Source of the DNA: an uncultured Oscillospiraceae bacterium
GTDB lineage: Bacteria > Bacillota > Clostridia > Oscillospirales > Ruminococcaceae
DNA length: 64,000 bases
Assembly: GCA_964370045.1 (NCBI GenBank)
Contig: CAYJGZ010000006.1
Coordinates: 26,946-90,945, forward strand
Direction: 5' to 3'
Part shown: positions 16,602 through 25,917 of the stretch, in pieces
Position numbering within the stretch: position 1 is the first letter of the stretch
How the letters are laid out: each line of letters starts with the position of its first letter
Notes under the pieces: model-generated
The model's database searches: none
What the model saw: only the letters and a program-made list of their open reading frames with translations
What the model was told of the DNA's origin: nothing
Position numbers and translations under genes: made by a program

Positions 16602-17951
16602 TAGATATGTACGCTTTAGGTAGAAAAAGAATGCAACACACATAAACAACGAGACAAAATTTGAAGCGGGAGCGGCAAGACCTATTAGGTATAGGTTGTC
16701 CGATGGAATTTGCGCCATAAGCCAGGACACGGGAATTCGAACTCCAAACGTGGTGAGAATACTGCGCAAAAGACTGAACCAAGACTTGCCACAGCTACTA
16801 AAAAATGTGTTCATGCAAAAGACAAAGCATACCAAAACAACATCCAGCGAGAAAGAACGAAGATAGCTCGCCGCCAAGTCCAACACTGCGGGGTCGTTGT
16901 TTATGATAGACAGCATTTCTCTGGCAAAAAATTGACACACTATCGTAAATATTACAGAAGGTACAAGCGCTATAAACACGCCGCACCACAGGCTTTGCCC
17001 AGCGCGCCTTTTAAGGCCCGCACCAAGATTTTGGGAAGCGGCGGCACTCACGGCGGAGCTCATGGCGATGGCAGGCACAAACAAAAATGTTTGCAACTTT
17101 TCCACAACACCTGCGGCGGCGGAGGCATTTACCCCGAAAGAGTTGATAATTGCCATAATGAACAAAAACGAAACGCCTATCAGCACGTTTTGCACAGCTA
17201 CGGGTGCGCTGATGATAAAAATACTTTTCGCCTGTTCTTTGTCTATGCGGACATCCTTAAAGCTGAGCGGATAGCCCAGCCCTTTACGCCGCAGGTATAT
17301 AAGCGCAAATATAAAGCTTCCTGCTTGCGCAATAGTTGTGGCCAGCGCCGCCCCCAGTGCACCCATGTGAAAGTACCGCACAAAAATTATATCCAACACA
17401 ATGTTGATGCCGCACGCTACCAAGATAAACAAAAACGGCGTGCGAGAGTTTCCAAGGCCTGTGAGTATACCGTTTAGCACGTTGTATCCCGCCACGAAGA
17501 TAACGCCCACCGAGCACACCACAATATACTGCCGTGCAGGCTCTATCGCCTCACCGGGCGTTTGCATTGCCTCCACCATAGCACCATGGAAAATGAGGTA
17601 TATTAGCACCAGCGCCGATATAAAAATGGCTACTATAGCAATGGATGTGCCCGTGACGCAGGAAAGCTTTTTCATGTTTTTTGCGCCGAAATACCACCCT
17701 ATGCGCACCGTAACGCCGGTGGATATGCCCACAATAAGGTAGGTGGCAATGGTCATCATTTGGCTGCCTATGGACACCGCCGCAACGTCGGCTGTGCCCG
17801 CAAAATAGCTTACTATCAGCAAATCCACCGTGCCGTACAGCGTTTGCACCAGCACACCCAGCATGAACGGCACCGCAAATATTAGCATGGAGCGCACAAG
17901 ACTCCCCTGTGTGAAGTCTATCTTTTTCACTGCACGCTCTTGTGGCTTCAT
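16581..17951 (-). CDS. MATE family efflux transporter (paralog 2)
   Basis: ORF 16581..18011. Start at ATG 17951 (MKPQERAVKKIDFTQGSLVRSM...) behind GAGGAGAG. Collinear with paralog 1 and clearly homologous but diverged. The C-terminal SSVCTS* is encoded by repeat B1. Confidence 0.9.
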   Translation of the reverse strand: MKPQERAVKKIDFTQGSLVRSMLIFAVPFMLGVLVQTLYGTVDLLIVSYFAGTADVAAVSIGSQMMTIATYLIVGISTGVTVRIGWYFGAKNMKKLSCVTGTSIAIVAIFISALVLIYLIFHGAMVEAMQTPGEAIEPARQYIVVCSVGVIFVAGYNVLNGILTGLGNSRTPFLFILVACGINIVLDIIFVRYFHMGALGAALATTIAQAGSFIFALIYLRRKGLGYPLSFKDVRIDKEQAKSIFIISAPVAVQNVLIGVSFLFIMAIINSFGVNASAAAGVVEKLQTFLFVPAIAMSSAVSAAASQNLGAGLKRRAGQSLWCGVFIALVPSVIFTIVCQFFAREMLSIINNDPAVLDLAASYLRSFSLDVVLVCFVFCMNTFFSSCGKSWFSLLRSILTTFGVRIPVSWLMAQIPSDNLYLIGLAAPASNFVSLFMCVAFFFYLKRTYLSSVCTS

Positions 17952-18080
17952 ACGTGTGGCTCTCCTCGTGTGTTGGTGGCTATTCATGCTACTATAGCAC
18001 AAAAAAGACAACTGCGCTTTTATGGTAATTTTTGGCTTGAATTGTCATAAAAACGTAAAATTTATACGCCTAATGTGCGC

Positions 18081-18109
18081 AGTATATCACGCTGAAATGC
18101 GGATGTCAA
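18081..18109 (-). promoter_or_regulatory. Sigma-70-type promoter upstream of MATE paralog 2
   Basis: Minus strand TTGACA (18109-18104), 17-nt spacer, TATACT (18086-18081). Implies a ~125-nt leader. Confidence 0.45.
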
Positions 18110-18278
18110 CACACATGTGTGAAAGGGCATACGCTGTGTCTCACCCACAGAAAAACTACGTAAAAACGTCAAAAACACCCACAGCGAAAAGCTTCGGGTA
18201 AGCACAAAGGCTTTGAGGGAAGCTTTTCACTGCGGGCAAAAGTTCAAAGTATTTAACAGATATGTCCTACTGTCGGAA

Positions 18279-19391
18279 TTATGCGGTTTCGCCTACCTCG
18301 ATGTTGTGGCTTTTTGCATAGCCGGTAACTACATCCAAAATAAGCTCTTCGGGGTTTTCAAATTCCGCAACAGAGTCTATAATAGAGGACATGCGGTAGA
18401 AGTTTTTCACCGCAAGGAAAAACGCATCAATGTTTTTCCAGTCGGTTTTCGGGGGGATGTCACAGCCGGAGGAGATGATGAAGTTCGGGTGGACACAGCA
18501 CTTTGCCATAAGTTTTTGTGTCTCACGATAAACGGAGGTTGGCGTGCCGTTTCTGAACTGACGTGCGGGGTCGATGTTGCCCATGACAAGCACGTTTTTA
18601 GGCATAAGCTCCAGCGCCTGCTTAATGTCTATTGCATTGCCGAAATGATATGCGGCACAGCCCGTGCGCATAATCGACGCTATAATGCTTATTACAGTGT
18701 TGCCACAGTTGTGGTATACCACAATAAAGTTCTCGTCCTGCACCTCATCCACAATGCGCTTTACGTACGACTCGGAGAATGCCTTTGCAAGCTTGGGCGA
18801 GAGAAGCCCCACCAAAGGCTCGGACATAACAATACCGTTTGCACCCACCGCCTTAAATGCCTTGGCGTACTCCACCAAAAAGTCGGTAACCTTCTCAAGG
18901 ATGGTGTGCACAGTCTCCGGCTCACGGATGCACTTCATCATGGCGATGCTCACATCCAGCATACGCCCTGCGAGCGAGAAGGGGCCTATCATGCCGCCAA
19001 ACACGGGGCGGTCGTTGATGCTCTCCACCGCTTTTGCCACAGCCTGCACATATTTTCCGGTACGCCCGTTGTGAACAGGTGGAACGACAAGCGCTTTTGC
19101 ATCATCCAATGTCTTAACTAATGTGTCCACAACGGAAGGCACTTCGCCGTCCATGTAGCGTATTTTGGAGCCGAAGGCCTCCGCCTCTACGGACAAGTCC
19201 ATCACGCTAAGGCTGGCTGCCATGTTTGTGCTGGCGGCGATAAGCTTCATGCCGGCCGCTTGCATATCGCTGTTGTTTATAAACTCATCCACCGTAACGC
19301 CCATGAGGGTTGTTGACGGAAAAGACAGGATAGGAAGCGGGTTTTTGACCTTTGCCTCGATTTGTTCTTGTACCCATTTTTGCATATTCAT
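18279..19391 (-). CDS. Uroporphyrinogen decarboxylase (URO-D) / MtaA-CmuA-like methyltransferase family protein
   Basis: The 370-aa ORF (MNMQKWVQEQIEAKVKNPLPILSFPSTTLMG...) matches the URO-D-family proteins of Clostridia. Divergent from an AraC regulator. Confidence 0.75.
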   Translation of the reverse strand: MNMQKWVQEQIEAKVKNPLPILSFPSTTLMGVTVDEFINNSDMQAAGMKLIAASTNMAASLSVMDLSVEAEAFGSKIRYMDGEVPSVVDTLVKTLDDAKALVVPPVHNGRTGKYVQAVAKAVESINDRPVFGGMIGPFSLAGRMLDVSIAMMKCIREPETVHTILEKVTDFLVEYAKAFKAVGANGIVMSEPLVGLLSPKLAKAFSESYVKRIVDEVQDENFIVVYHNCGNTVISIIASIMRTGCAAYHFGNAIDIKQALELMPKNVLVMGNIDPARQFRNGTPTSVYRETQKLMAKCCVHPNFIISSGCDIPPKTDWKNIDAFFLAVKNFYRMSSIIDSVAEFENPEELILDVVTGYAKSHNIEVGETA

Positions 19392-19716
19392 AATATAATC
19401 CTTCTTTCATTTTAAGGGGGAAAATCGGCGAAGTCGCAACCGCTCGGCGCCGTAGCATCGGTTGCTGTGTGCCACTTTCTTGTATCTTTAGTATACTACA
19501 TTTTTTCACACATCCAATACCGCAGTGTGCTTTGTTTATATAGCTGGTGTGCCCAAAATGAGAAGAATATGCTATGCTGTTAGCGAGAATAAGTATCAAA
19601 AATTTTTGCAGATTGAGAATATATGTACTAAAAACAAAGAGAACTCATCTTAAAGTATATTTAAGGTGCATGTAGCTGCCTTTAAGGCACGAAAACACAA
19701 GTTAGGAGAATGCAGC

Positions 19717-20559
19717 ATGAGAAGTGAGCGAAAGGGTGTTTTGCCCGAGTCGTACTATCATATTGCGCCAAAAGTTCGTCTAAATCAAAGCCTACACTAT
19801 TATCTTGCGATAAGTGGTCATTTTTGGTGCGAGAAAGGCTATTTTATCAAGCGCCACTACTATAAGTACATGCTCCTTACATATATATTAAAGGGCGAGA
19901 TGAAGTTGGAGTATCAAAACAAGCAGTATGTGGCAAAAGAGGGGGATGCGGTATTTATCGACTGCCACAACCTGCACCACTACTCTACGGACAACGAGGT
20001 GGAGTTCTACTTTGTGTACATTGGCGGCGGACAAAGCCGCCTAATTTTTGAGGATTTGTACGCAAAATACGGCCCTGTTTTGCGGGGACTGAACCGCAAT
20101 AAGATAAAAAACAGCCTTCACTATATTTTATACTGCCAAAACAACGATAAGTTTCCCCTGCCGATGGAAATGTCCAATAGAGTCTATGGCCTTTTGTGCG
20201 ACCTATACCCATATGAGGAAATAGATGACGAGCGCAAGCTGTATCAGGCGATTTCCCCCGTGTTTGAGCATATAAGATACAATCTTTCCACGCCACTCAC
20301 CACCGAAGAGATGGCGGAGTCGGTGCACATGAGCCGCAGCTACTTTTCACGCTCGTTTAGAAAAATCACGGGGCAATCTCCACATGATTATCTCATTAAG
20401 CTACGCATGGAGCTGGCAAAGCAACTTTTGGCCGACACAAACATGACAATAAAAGAAATAGCCAGAACAGTGGGGTACGAAAGCGAGGTAGGCTTTATTG
20501 CGGCATTCACAAAAAAGGTGCTCACCACCCCCACACGCTACCGAAAGGCCCCGTGGTAA
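19717..20559 (+). CDS. AraC family transcriptional regulator (cupin + HTH_AraC)
   Basis: ORF 19666..20559. Start at ATG 19717 behind AGGAGAA. C-terminal AraC helix-turn-helix (MAESVHMSRSYFSRSFRKITGQSPHDYLIKLRMELAKQLL...IKEIARTVGYESEVGFIAAF). Confidence 0.85.
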   Translation: MRSERKGVLPESYYHIAPKVRLNQSLHYYLAISGHFWCEKGYFIKRHYYKYMLLTYILKGEMKLEYQNKQYVAKEGDAVFIDCHNLHHYSTDNEVEFYFVYIGGGQSRLIFEDLYAKYGPVLRGLNRNKIKNSLHYILYCQNNDKFPLPMEMSNRVYGLLCDLYPYEEIDDERKLYQAISPVFEHIRYNLSTPLTTEEMAESVHMSRSYFSRSFRKITGQSPHDYLIKLRMELAKQLLADTNMTIKEIARTVGYESEVGFIAAFTKKVLTTPTRYRKAPW

Positions 20560-20654
20560 CAAAAGAATCAGCATCAAAATATACGTCTGTACGCTTTTTG
20601 CGCCATCTGCCACAGCGGATGTAATTTTTGCTGTATAAAATTTCAAAGTAACTG

Positions 20655-20683
20655 TTGCATTTTTATTATGTTTGAGATATAAT
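20655..20683 (+). promoter_or_regulatory. Candidate sigma-70-type promoter upstream of tRNA-Ser(GCT)
   Basis: TTGCAT (20655-20660), 17-nt spacer, TATAAT (20678-20683). It lies ~85 nt upstream of the tRNA, so a leader would need processing. Confidence 0.4.
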
Positions 20684-20769
20684 TATTGTCACGCTGAAGT
20701 TTGCGCTTTCAATCGGTGCATTGCATAGCATATGCTTTAGCAGACAATATTATACGTTAATTCGACTGT

Positions 20770-20860
20770 GGAGAAGTACTCAAGAGGTCGAAGAGGCTCC
20801 CCTGCTAAGGGAGTAGGGCGTGAAAGCGTCGCGAGGGTTCGAATCCCTCCTTCTCCGCCA
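20770..20860 (+). tRNA. tRNA-Ser (anticodon GCT)
   Basis: GGAGAAGTACTCAAGAGGTCGAAGAGGCTCCCCTGCTAAGGGAGTAGGGCGTGAAAGCGTCGCGAGGGTTCGAATCCCTCCTTCTCCGCCA. Anticodon loop CTGCTAA, long variable arm, GGTTCGAATCC T-loop, encoded CCA. Confidence 0.95.
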
Positions 20861-20902
20861 ACAGAAAAGCACCCCTTTGGGGTGCTTTTCTGTTGGCGGA
20901 GA
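20852..20902 (+). terminator. 24-bp perfect hairpin that includes the tRNA-Ser 3' end
   Basis: Left arm TCTCCGCCAACAGAAAAGCACCCC (20852-20875; its first 9 nt are the tRNA acceptor 3' strand plus CCA), loop TTT, right arm GGGGTGCTTTTCTGTTGGCGGAGA (20879-20902). The inner part (GCACCCC/GGGGTGC followed by TTTTCT) looks like a normal terminator. Confidence 0.6.
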
Positions 20903-20905
20903 TAA
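20869..20905 (+). repeat. 37-bp perfect direct repeat, copy 1
   Basis: GCACCCCTTTGGGGTGCTTTTCTGTTGGCGGAGATAA. Identical to 21007-21043. Confidence 0.85.
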
Positions 20906-21006
20906 CCGGAGGATTCGAAAGGCGGCTCTTGAAAACAGCCTGAATGGCTGTTTTAACCGCCGTGGCTTTTCCGCAGAAAAGCGAATCCCGTGTTTGCAAT
21001 TTTCTT

Positions 21007-21043
21007 GCACCCCTTTGGGGTGCTTTTCTGTTGGCGGAGATAA
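21007..21043 (+). repeat. 37-bp perfect direct repeat, copy 2
   Basis: Identical to 20869-20905. Both copies are followed by a sequence resembling the antisense of a tRNA 3' half (TGGCGGAGATAA..GAGGATT[CT]GA). Confidence 0.85.
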
Positions 21044-21382
21044 TGCCGAGGATTTGAGCCCGAGCGTCGCAGGTGACGAAGCCGACCGCTACCTGTAGCA
21101 GGAAAAGGGAGGCGGAGGAAGGGAAATTTGGAGTTTTATATAAAATTTTTTTCCTTTTTTGGTATGTAAAATATTGGGGTATAAATACTGTGAAACAAAA
21201 CCCTTAGCAGTTTATGTATAATTATGTTATACTATACTTGCGGATATTATCAAAAAGAGGTATTTTGTTTCATCCTTCGGTGCAGCCACTGTAGGAGTTT
21301 GTTTTTCGCCCACTTTGTGTATTATAGAAGATTTTTCAGAACGAGCAAGCAGTTCTCGGCAAAATTTAAGGAGGTGGCTTCA

Positions 21383-23113
21383 ATGGCTAAAGGTTATTCC
21401 AATTGGGCAAACAATGCAGAGCTAAAAAAGAGGTTTATTCCCGTACAGGCGATTATTTCGGTGATTGTGCTTATTTTAATGGGCACATCTCTTGCGGCGA
21501 TTTTTCTTGTAAACTCCAGCTTCTCAACTATCATGACTGCGAACGTAGGAAGGCAAATCGCAGTGTATGAAATGATAGAAAACATGTACTTGTGTCGTGT
21601 TTTGGGGCGTGATATTCTTCTGCAAGAGGACGAAACTGCACGCATGGAGCTGTACGACAGGTACATTGATGCGTTTGACTCTCTCGATGAGAAGATGGAC
21701 ACCTACCACGCAGGGCTAAGCGGACAAGATGCCACCGACTTTGCCACCATTATCACATGGAAAGACGAGTACAAGCGTGCCATGATTCAATCGGCAGACT
21801 ACAAAAACATGGGCGGAATGGATGTTGAAGCGCTTGAAGCTTTGCGCAGCGTAACCCCCGTGGCAACCGACTTTTTCGGAAGCATGGAGGAGCTTTTCGA
21901 GACGGAAAGCATCAAAGCCGAGGAAGCTTTGACGAGAAAAGACGGCCTTGTGATGTCCACGATTATTTTCAACGTAGTATTTGCACTGGCCATCATCTTA
22001 TCCATCTTTATAATGATTCGCACTTTGGCAAAGTCCATCGGTAAAAAGCTGGCGCTTGTGGAGCATACCGTTACGCATATTGCGGATACGGGCGACATGG
22101 AGGTGGATATTCCACAAGAATACCTCACGCAGGATGAGGTGGGCAAAATCTTTGCCTCCACCAAAAAACTGCAGGCTCGGCTGAATGAATACTCTACGGT
22201 TGTTTCCAAAATGGCGAGCAAGGACTACACCGCAAGCATCCGCCCACTGTCCGAAAAGGACAAGCTTGCGCACAGCATTTTAGATGTTCTGCAAGCAACA
22301 AGCGGTGTTGTTTTCCAAATCCAAAAAGCATCTTCGGAGGTGGACTCGGGCGCACGGCATATGCAAGATTTTTCAAGCGGCCTAATAGATGGAGCACAGA
22401 TGCAAACAGCAGCGCTTAACACACTCACAGGCGAGGTTGCGTCCATTACAGAGCAGGTAAACTCCAGCAAAGAAATTGTTTGGGAGACAAATAGAGTAAA
22501 TGCGCTCACAGCAGAGCAGCTAATAGAGGGACGCCAGCAGATAGAGGAATTGCTCAAAGAAATGCAGGAGACGCAAAAAATCTCGGAGCAAATCCAAAAT
22601 ATTGTTACAACTATTGACGGCATTGCTTTCCAAACAAATATTTTGGCGCTTAACGCATCCGTAGAAGCAGCAAGAGCAGGCCAGGCAGGACAAGGGTTTG
22701 CCGTTGTGGCGGGCGAGGTTCGCACCTTGGCCGAAAACAGCGCAAGGGCGGCACACGATACGTCCAACTTAATCGAAACTGTTGTTGTGTCCATACGAAA
22801 CGGTCTACAAAAGGCAGAATCAGCAACAACCATGATGCAGCAAATCTCCGAAAACTCTCAAAAGCTAAACGAACTGATGTCGGATGTGGTAACATCTTCG
22901 GATGAGCAATCGCAGATGATTGAGCGTGTATCCGAGGAACTTGTGAGCATCACAAGAATCGTGGATGAAAACACAAATGTTTCCGGTCAGGGTAGCAATC
23001 TAAGTGCCCAGCTGTCCTTGCAGGCAAGCGAGCTACAAGGCACACTAAGTCAATTCAACTTGCCACAGCAGGCTATCTCGCCTACATCGGAGCAGCTGTA
23101 TCTGCCAAATTAG
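21383..23113 (+). CDS. Methyl-accepting chemotaxis protein
   Basis: ORF 21224..23113. Start at ATG 21383 ([10 protein letters not shown]...) behind AAGGAGGTG. Two TM segments, a HAMP-like region and the highly conserved MCP signalling hairpin ([41 protein letters not shown]). Confidence 0.9.
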   Translation: MAKGYSNWANNAELKKRFIPVQAIISVIVLILMGTSLAAIFLVNSSFSTIMTANVGRQIAVYEMIENMYLCRVLGRDILLQEDETARMELYDRYIDAFDSLDEKMDTYHAGLSGQDATDFATIITWKDEYKRAMIQSADYKNMGGMDVEALEALRSVTPVATDFFGSMEELFETESIKAEEALTRKDGLVMSTIIFNVVFALAIILSIFIMIRTLAKSIGKKLALVEHTVTHIADTGDMEVDIPQEYLTQDEVGKIFASTKKLQARLNEYSTVVSKMASKDYTASIRPLSEKDKLAHSILDVLQATSGVVFQIQKASSEVDSGARHMQDFSSGLIDGAQMQTAALNTLTGEVASITEQVNSSKEIVWETNRVNALTAEQLIEGRQQIEELLKEMQETQKISEQIQNIVTTIDGIAFQTNILALNASVEAARAGQAGQGFAVVAGEVRTLAENSARAAHDTSNLIETVVVSIRNGLQKAESATTMMQQISENSQKLNELMSDVVTSSDEQSQMIERVSEELVSITRIVDENTNVSGQGSNLSAQLSLQASELQGTLSQFNLPQQAISPTSEQLYLPN

Positions 23114-23203
23114 TTTTATCGTTGTATCAAAGAACAATCTCACACAGGCAACGCAATCAAATGCACATCTCCTTGCAACAATCAAAGAGCATGGCGCATA
23201 AGT

Positions 23204-23251
23204 AAAAACGGCTTTTCAAGCGGAGGCATCTCCATTTGAAAGGCCGTTTTT
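23204..23251. terminator. Bidirectional terminator between the MCP gene and the holin gene
   Basis: Stem aaaacggcttttcaa / ttgaaaggccgtttt flanked by A- and T-runs. Confidence 0.6.
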
Positions 23252-23306
23252 GTGCTTTACTATGTTAACGAAATCCTTTTACTATCCTGCTACTTTTCGC
23301 TCTGCC

Positions 23307-23537
23307 CTACCCCCCATCCGACAACCCCGGGGTACTTGGGTCAACAAACACCCCAAGGCCTGCGAGCAGTACGCCTGCAAGCGTTGCAGGGTTTAGTGCA
23401 GTGTTTAGCAGCATCCGCCCCACTGCCTCCCACGAGGTAAGCTGTGCAAGCGATGTTCCGGTAGCGGCGAGCAATACACCCACAAGCCCTATCCAAAACC
23501 ACGGATTTTTAATGCGCTTTTTTAGTCCTTCTTTCAT
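23307..23537 (-). CDS. Phage holin (phi LC3 / Phage_holin_1-like)
   Basis: 76 aa. KNPWFWIGLVGVLLAA TM region and C-terminal VDPSTPGLSDGG, typical of this holin family. GGAGG upstream. ATGA overlap with the upstream gene. Confidence 0.8.
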   Translation of the reverse strand: MKEGLKKRIKNPWFWIGLVGVLLAATGTSLAQLTSWEAVGRMLLNTALNPATLAGVLLAGLGVFVDPSTPGLSDGG

Positions 23538-23866
23538 TGTTGATAGCCTCCTTTTGTGTTTTGATGCTCTTTTTGTGCGTTTTTTGCGTCCATACCATCC
23601 AGCCGCTTGTGCGCCTGTTTACTGGATGCCTCCACCGCCGTCAGACGTGTGAGTATCTCGATGTTAATTTTCGCTTGCTCTCGTTGTTCACGCTTTATGT
23701 CGTCAATTCCGCTTTTCACATATCCCATCTCCGCAAATAATGTACCGTCCCTCTCGGCGCTTTGGGTAACAGCGTAAGCAGTGTGCCTGCGCAGTGCCAA
23801 AAATGAAACCAAAAATCCCCCCACAGCGCAGAAAATCGAGATAAGTAACGTAAGCTCCACCGTCAT
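23534..23866 (-). CDS. Phage lysis-cassette membrane protein (N-terminal TM + coiled coil; XhlA-like role)
   Basis: ORF 23534..23875. The start is taken at ATG 23866, 9 nt after GGAGG. One TM helix then a charged coiled-coil region. Translationally coupled to the holin. Confidence 0.55.
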   Translation of the reverse strand: MTVELTLLISIFCAVGGFLVSFLALRRHTAYAVTQSAERDGTLFAEMGYVKSGIDDIKREQREQAKINIEILTRLTAVEASSKQAHKRLDGMDAKNAQKEHQNTKGGYQQ

Positions 23867-23867
23867 G

Positions 23868-24314
23868 TCAAACACCCTCCGTATTCGGTATGCTTATGTT
23901 TCCCGCCTGCCTCCACACCTTTGTATTAAGCTCGGGGCTGTGCACGTTTGCACCGGGGTCCTGAACCGCCTCGTAAATCACGTCCTCCAACATTCTTAAA
24001 TAGCCCACCTCACAGTATTCGCCCGACACCCACGGGTGCATACCCTCGCCTTGGTGCAGCCGAAAAATGTCGCTCGCCCCTGACACCAACGGCCTATTCT
24101 GCACCGTAAGCATTGTGTCTTGCATCACCATGTACTTTTTGCCGTCACACTGTAGAATAGCGCCTCTTTGCACACTTTTTCCGATTAGCTCATCAAAGTC
24201 TGTACAAAAATTTTGGGGTATTTCAGACAGGATAGCCTGCCTGTTTTCTGCCGACACAAAAAGCGTTAATACTCGTATTTGTGTCAATTTTTCCTCAACT
24301 GTCAAAAGTTTCAT
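23868..24314 (-). CDS. Phage-associated hypothetical protein
   Basis: 148-aa ORF behind GGAGGTG, with an ATGA overlap with the upstream LRR gene. No motif recognised. Confidence 0.55.
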   Translation of the reverse strand: MKLLTVEEKLTQIRVLTLFVSAENRQAILSEIPQNFCTDFDELIGKSVQRGAILQCDGKKYMVMQDTMLTVQNRPLVSGASDIFRLHQGEGMHPWVSGEYCEVGYLRMLEDVIYEAVQDPGANVHSPELNTKVWRQAGNISIPNTEGV

Positions 24315-25246
24315 CTGTATTCACCTCCTGCTTGTATGTCCATTGCCTCGGGGTCAACACCTAAATTTGTCAGCTGGAGCATCTGCGCTTGCTTCGTCAT
24401 CTCAGGCAGTACTCCCAGCGCCAAAAGCGCCTGCACCTCGGGGCTATTCTGCGCACGAATAAACGTACCTTCAAAGCTTGTCTGTTCCTCTGTCAACGCC
24501 CAGTGTTCCCCTACAAACACCTGTGCGTCCGCAGGCACTCTTGAAAAAACTTTTTCAAAAGCTGCTATATTGCGTGTGTCAATGTTTGAAATGTCTATAT
24601 ATCGCAAATTAGTACAGTTTGCAAACATTCTGCTGATGTCCGTAAGCGATGGCGCTGAAAAATAAATCATTGCGCTTTCAAGCACAGGGCAAACGTTAAA
24701 CATGTCCGCCGTGCTTGTAAGAAACTTTAGCTCCCCACCAGGCGACTTAAACCGCTTAAGTGCGTAACATTCTAAAAACGCATATCTAAACGAGGTTAAT
24801 GCGCTAAAGTCCAGCGACGACAAATCAACATCTGTAAGTGATGTAGCCCTTGCAAAGCCTGCGTATGCAGTAGTTACGTTGCTCATGTCGCTATCTTCGC
24901 TTATTTCAATGCTTACAATGTTAGAGTTGTTTTTTACCAAAGTATCAATGCTTGTCAGCCGTCCATCCTGAGAAAAAATCCGTGCGGCGGTGATGTCAAT
25001 TTGTATTCCTGCTATGTTCGAGCCAAACCCCACAGAACTACCCGAAATATCCGCCCTGCGCCACTCGTCCTCCTGCGTAATAGTGGCAATATCAACACCT
25101 GCAGGAATGTTATTTCCCTGCCACAGTACACAGTTTTCGTGTGTGAACATTCTCCAAAAGTTTGCGCCACCTTTCGCCATACCTGCGAGTTTTTCCCCCT
25201 CTATCATAAAGCCTGAAACACCCTTGCCACCGATGGATGCCCCCAT
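24311..25246 (-). CDS. BspA-type leucine-rich-repeat protein (putative tail fibre / receptor-binding protein)
   Basis: ORF 24311..25306. The start is taken at ATG 25246 behind a G-rich Shine-Dalgarno. Repeats of the F..C..L..I type (FLECYALKRF, MFNVCPVLESAMIYF, MFANCTNLRYIDISNI). Confidence 0.65.
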   Translation of the reverse strand: MGASIGGKGVSGFMIEGEKLAGMAKGGANFWRMFTHENCVLWQGNNIPAGVDIATITQEDEWRRADISGSSVGFGSNIAGIQIDITAARIFSQDGRLTSIDTLVKNNSNIVSIEISEDSDMSNVTTAYAGFARATSLTDVDLSSLDFSALTSFRYAFLECYALKRFKSPGGELKFLTSTADMFNVCPVLESAMIYFSAPSLTDISRMFANCTNLRYIDISNIDTRNIAAFEKVFSRVPADAQVFVGEHWALTEEQTSFEGTFIRAQNSPEVQALLALGVLPEMTKQAQMLQLTNLGVDPEAMDIQAGGEYR

Positions 25247-25250
25247 GAAA

Positions 25251-25817
25251 TCACTCCCCCCACCAGTAGATATTTGCAGGGTCTTGCGCCGAGAGCGCCA
25301 GCGCATCCGCCTCGTTCAGCGCCTTTATGACAGCCGTGCCCTGCGGCAGGCGCACCACCTCCTCACCACGGCTGTTTTTCACCGAAATGTAGCCCTCACC
25401 TTGTGAATATTCACCGTACCACGCATTTTCTAAGAGGTTCTCGGTTGGTGTTGGCAATGGCTCAGGCTCGGGTGCACCTGATACAAGGCTGTCCCTGAAA
25501 CCAAGCGTCACAAGCTGTGTGTGCTCGATTTGCCCGTCTGTGCTCGTAAAAGCTACCTGCATTTTTAGCACCGTCCACTGCGTAAGCATGTTAGGCAGCG
25601 TGTAGCTATTTTGCGTGCCGATGTCTATTTCAAACGAATTGCCCATGCCGTAAAAATACAGCGTCAACCTGCTGTTTTCAAAGCCGAGCGGCCGCACAAA
25701 GCTGAGCTGTTGCGCCATGTGGTCGTACCTTGAGCCGACGGTCAGCTCGGAGGGGCTGATGCTCAAAATCCCTTCGTTTTGTTCGATGGTAAAGCTAAAA
25801 ATATCCGTGCCTGCCAT
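25251..25817 (-). CDS. Phage-associated hypothetical protein (tail-fibre module)
   Basis: 188-aa ORF behind AAAGGAGGAA, immediately upstream of the LRR gene. Contains a PEPEPLPTP linker. No motif recognised. Confidence 0.55.
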   Translation of the reverse strand: MAGTDIFSFTIEQNEGILSISPSELTVGSRYDHMAQQLSFVRPLGFENSRLTLYFYGMGNSFEIDIGTQNSYTLPNMLTQWTVLKMQVAFTSTDGQIEHTQLVTLGFRDSLVSGAPEPEPLPTPTENLLENAWYGEYSQGEGYISVKNSRGEEVVRLPQGTAVIKALNEADALALSAQDPANIYWWGE

Positions 25818-25917
25818 AATTCCTCCTTTTTGTTTGGTAAGTTACCAACAAGTTAAATATGCACGGTATACCGATATATTCACGTATACTTGCATGTTTT
25901 TTTGCCTTTCGGGCAAG

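Noticed and set aside
16438-16782. ORFs 16438..16782 (-) and 50742..50990 (+), which share the peptide LTT.YGGKIAKI.RLNT
   Set aside because: The shared peptide is just a translation of repeat family B in one frame. The ORFs extend into unrelated flanks, one overlaps the MATE gene, and neither has a start context.
18213-19121. Long antisense ORFs opposite well-supported genes: 18213..19121 (+), 31308..32189 (+), 36180..37064 (+), 43903..45186 (-) and 51146..53059 (+)
   Set aside because: Each lies entirely within and opposite a gene with clear family motifs (URO-D family, pgk, typA, nrdD, feoB). Their translations are low-complexity and R/H/C-rich with no recognisable motif or Shine-Dalgarno. 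They are typical shadow ORFs.
20820-21098. 92-aa ORF spanning the tRNA-Ser 3' end and the 37-bp direct repeats; also a possible CRISPR or second tRNA
   Set aside because: The ORF starts inside the tRNA, and its internal peptide repeat merely mirrors the DNA repeat. Only two repeat copies exist, so this is not a CRISPR array. The tRNA-like fragments after each repeat do not form a T-arm or acceptor stem.
25860-25917. Small hairpin TTGCC/GGCAA between the endolysin gene and the tail-fibre-like genes, as a terminator
   Set aside because: On the transcribed (minus) strand it is followed by an A-run rather than a T-run, and the stem is only 5 bp.
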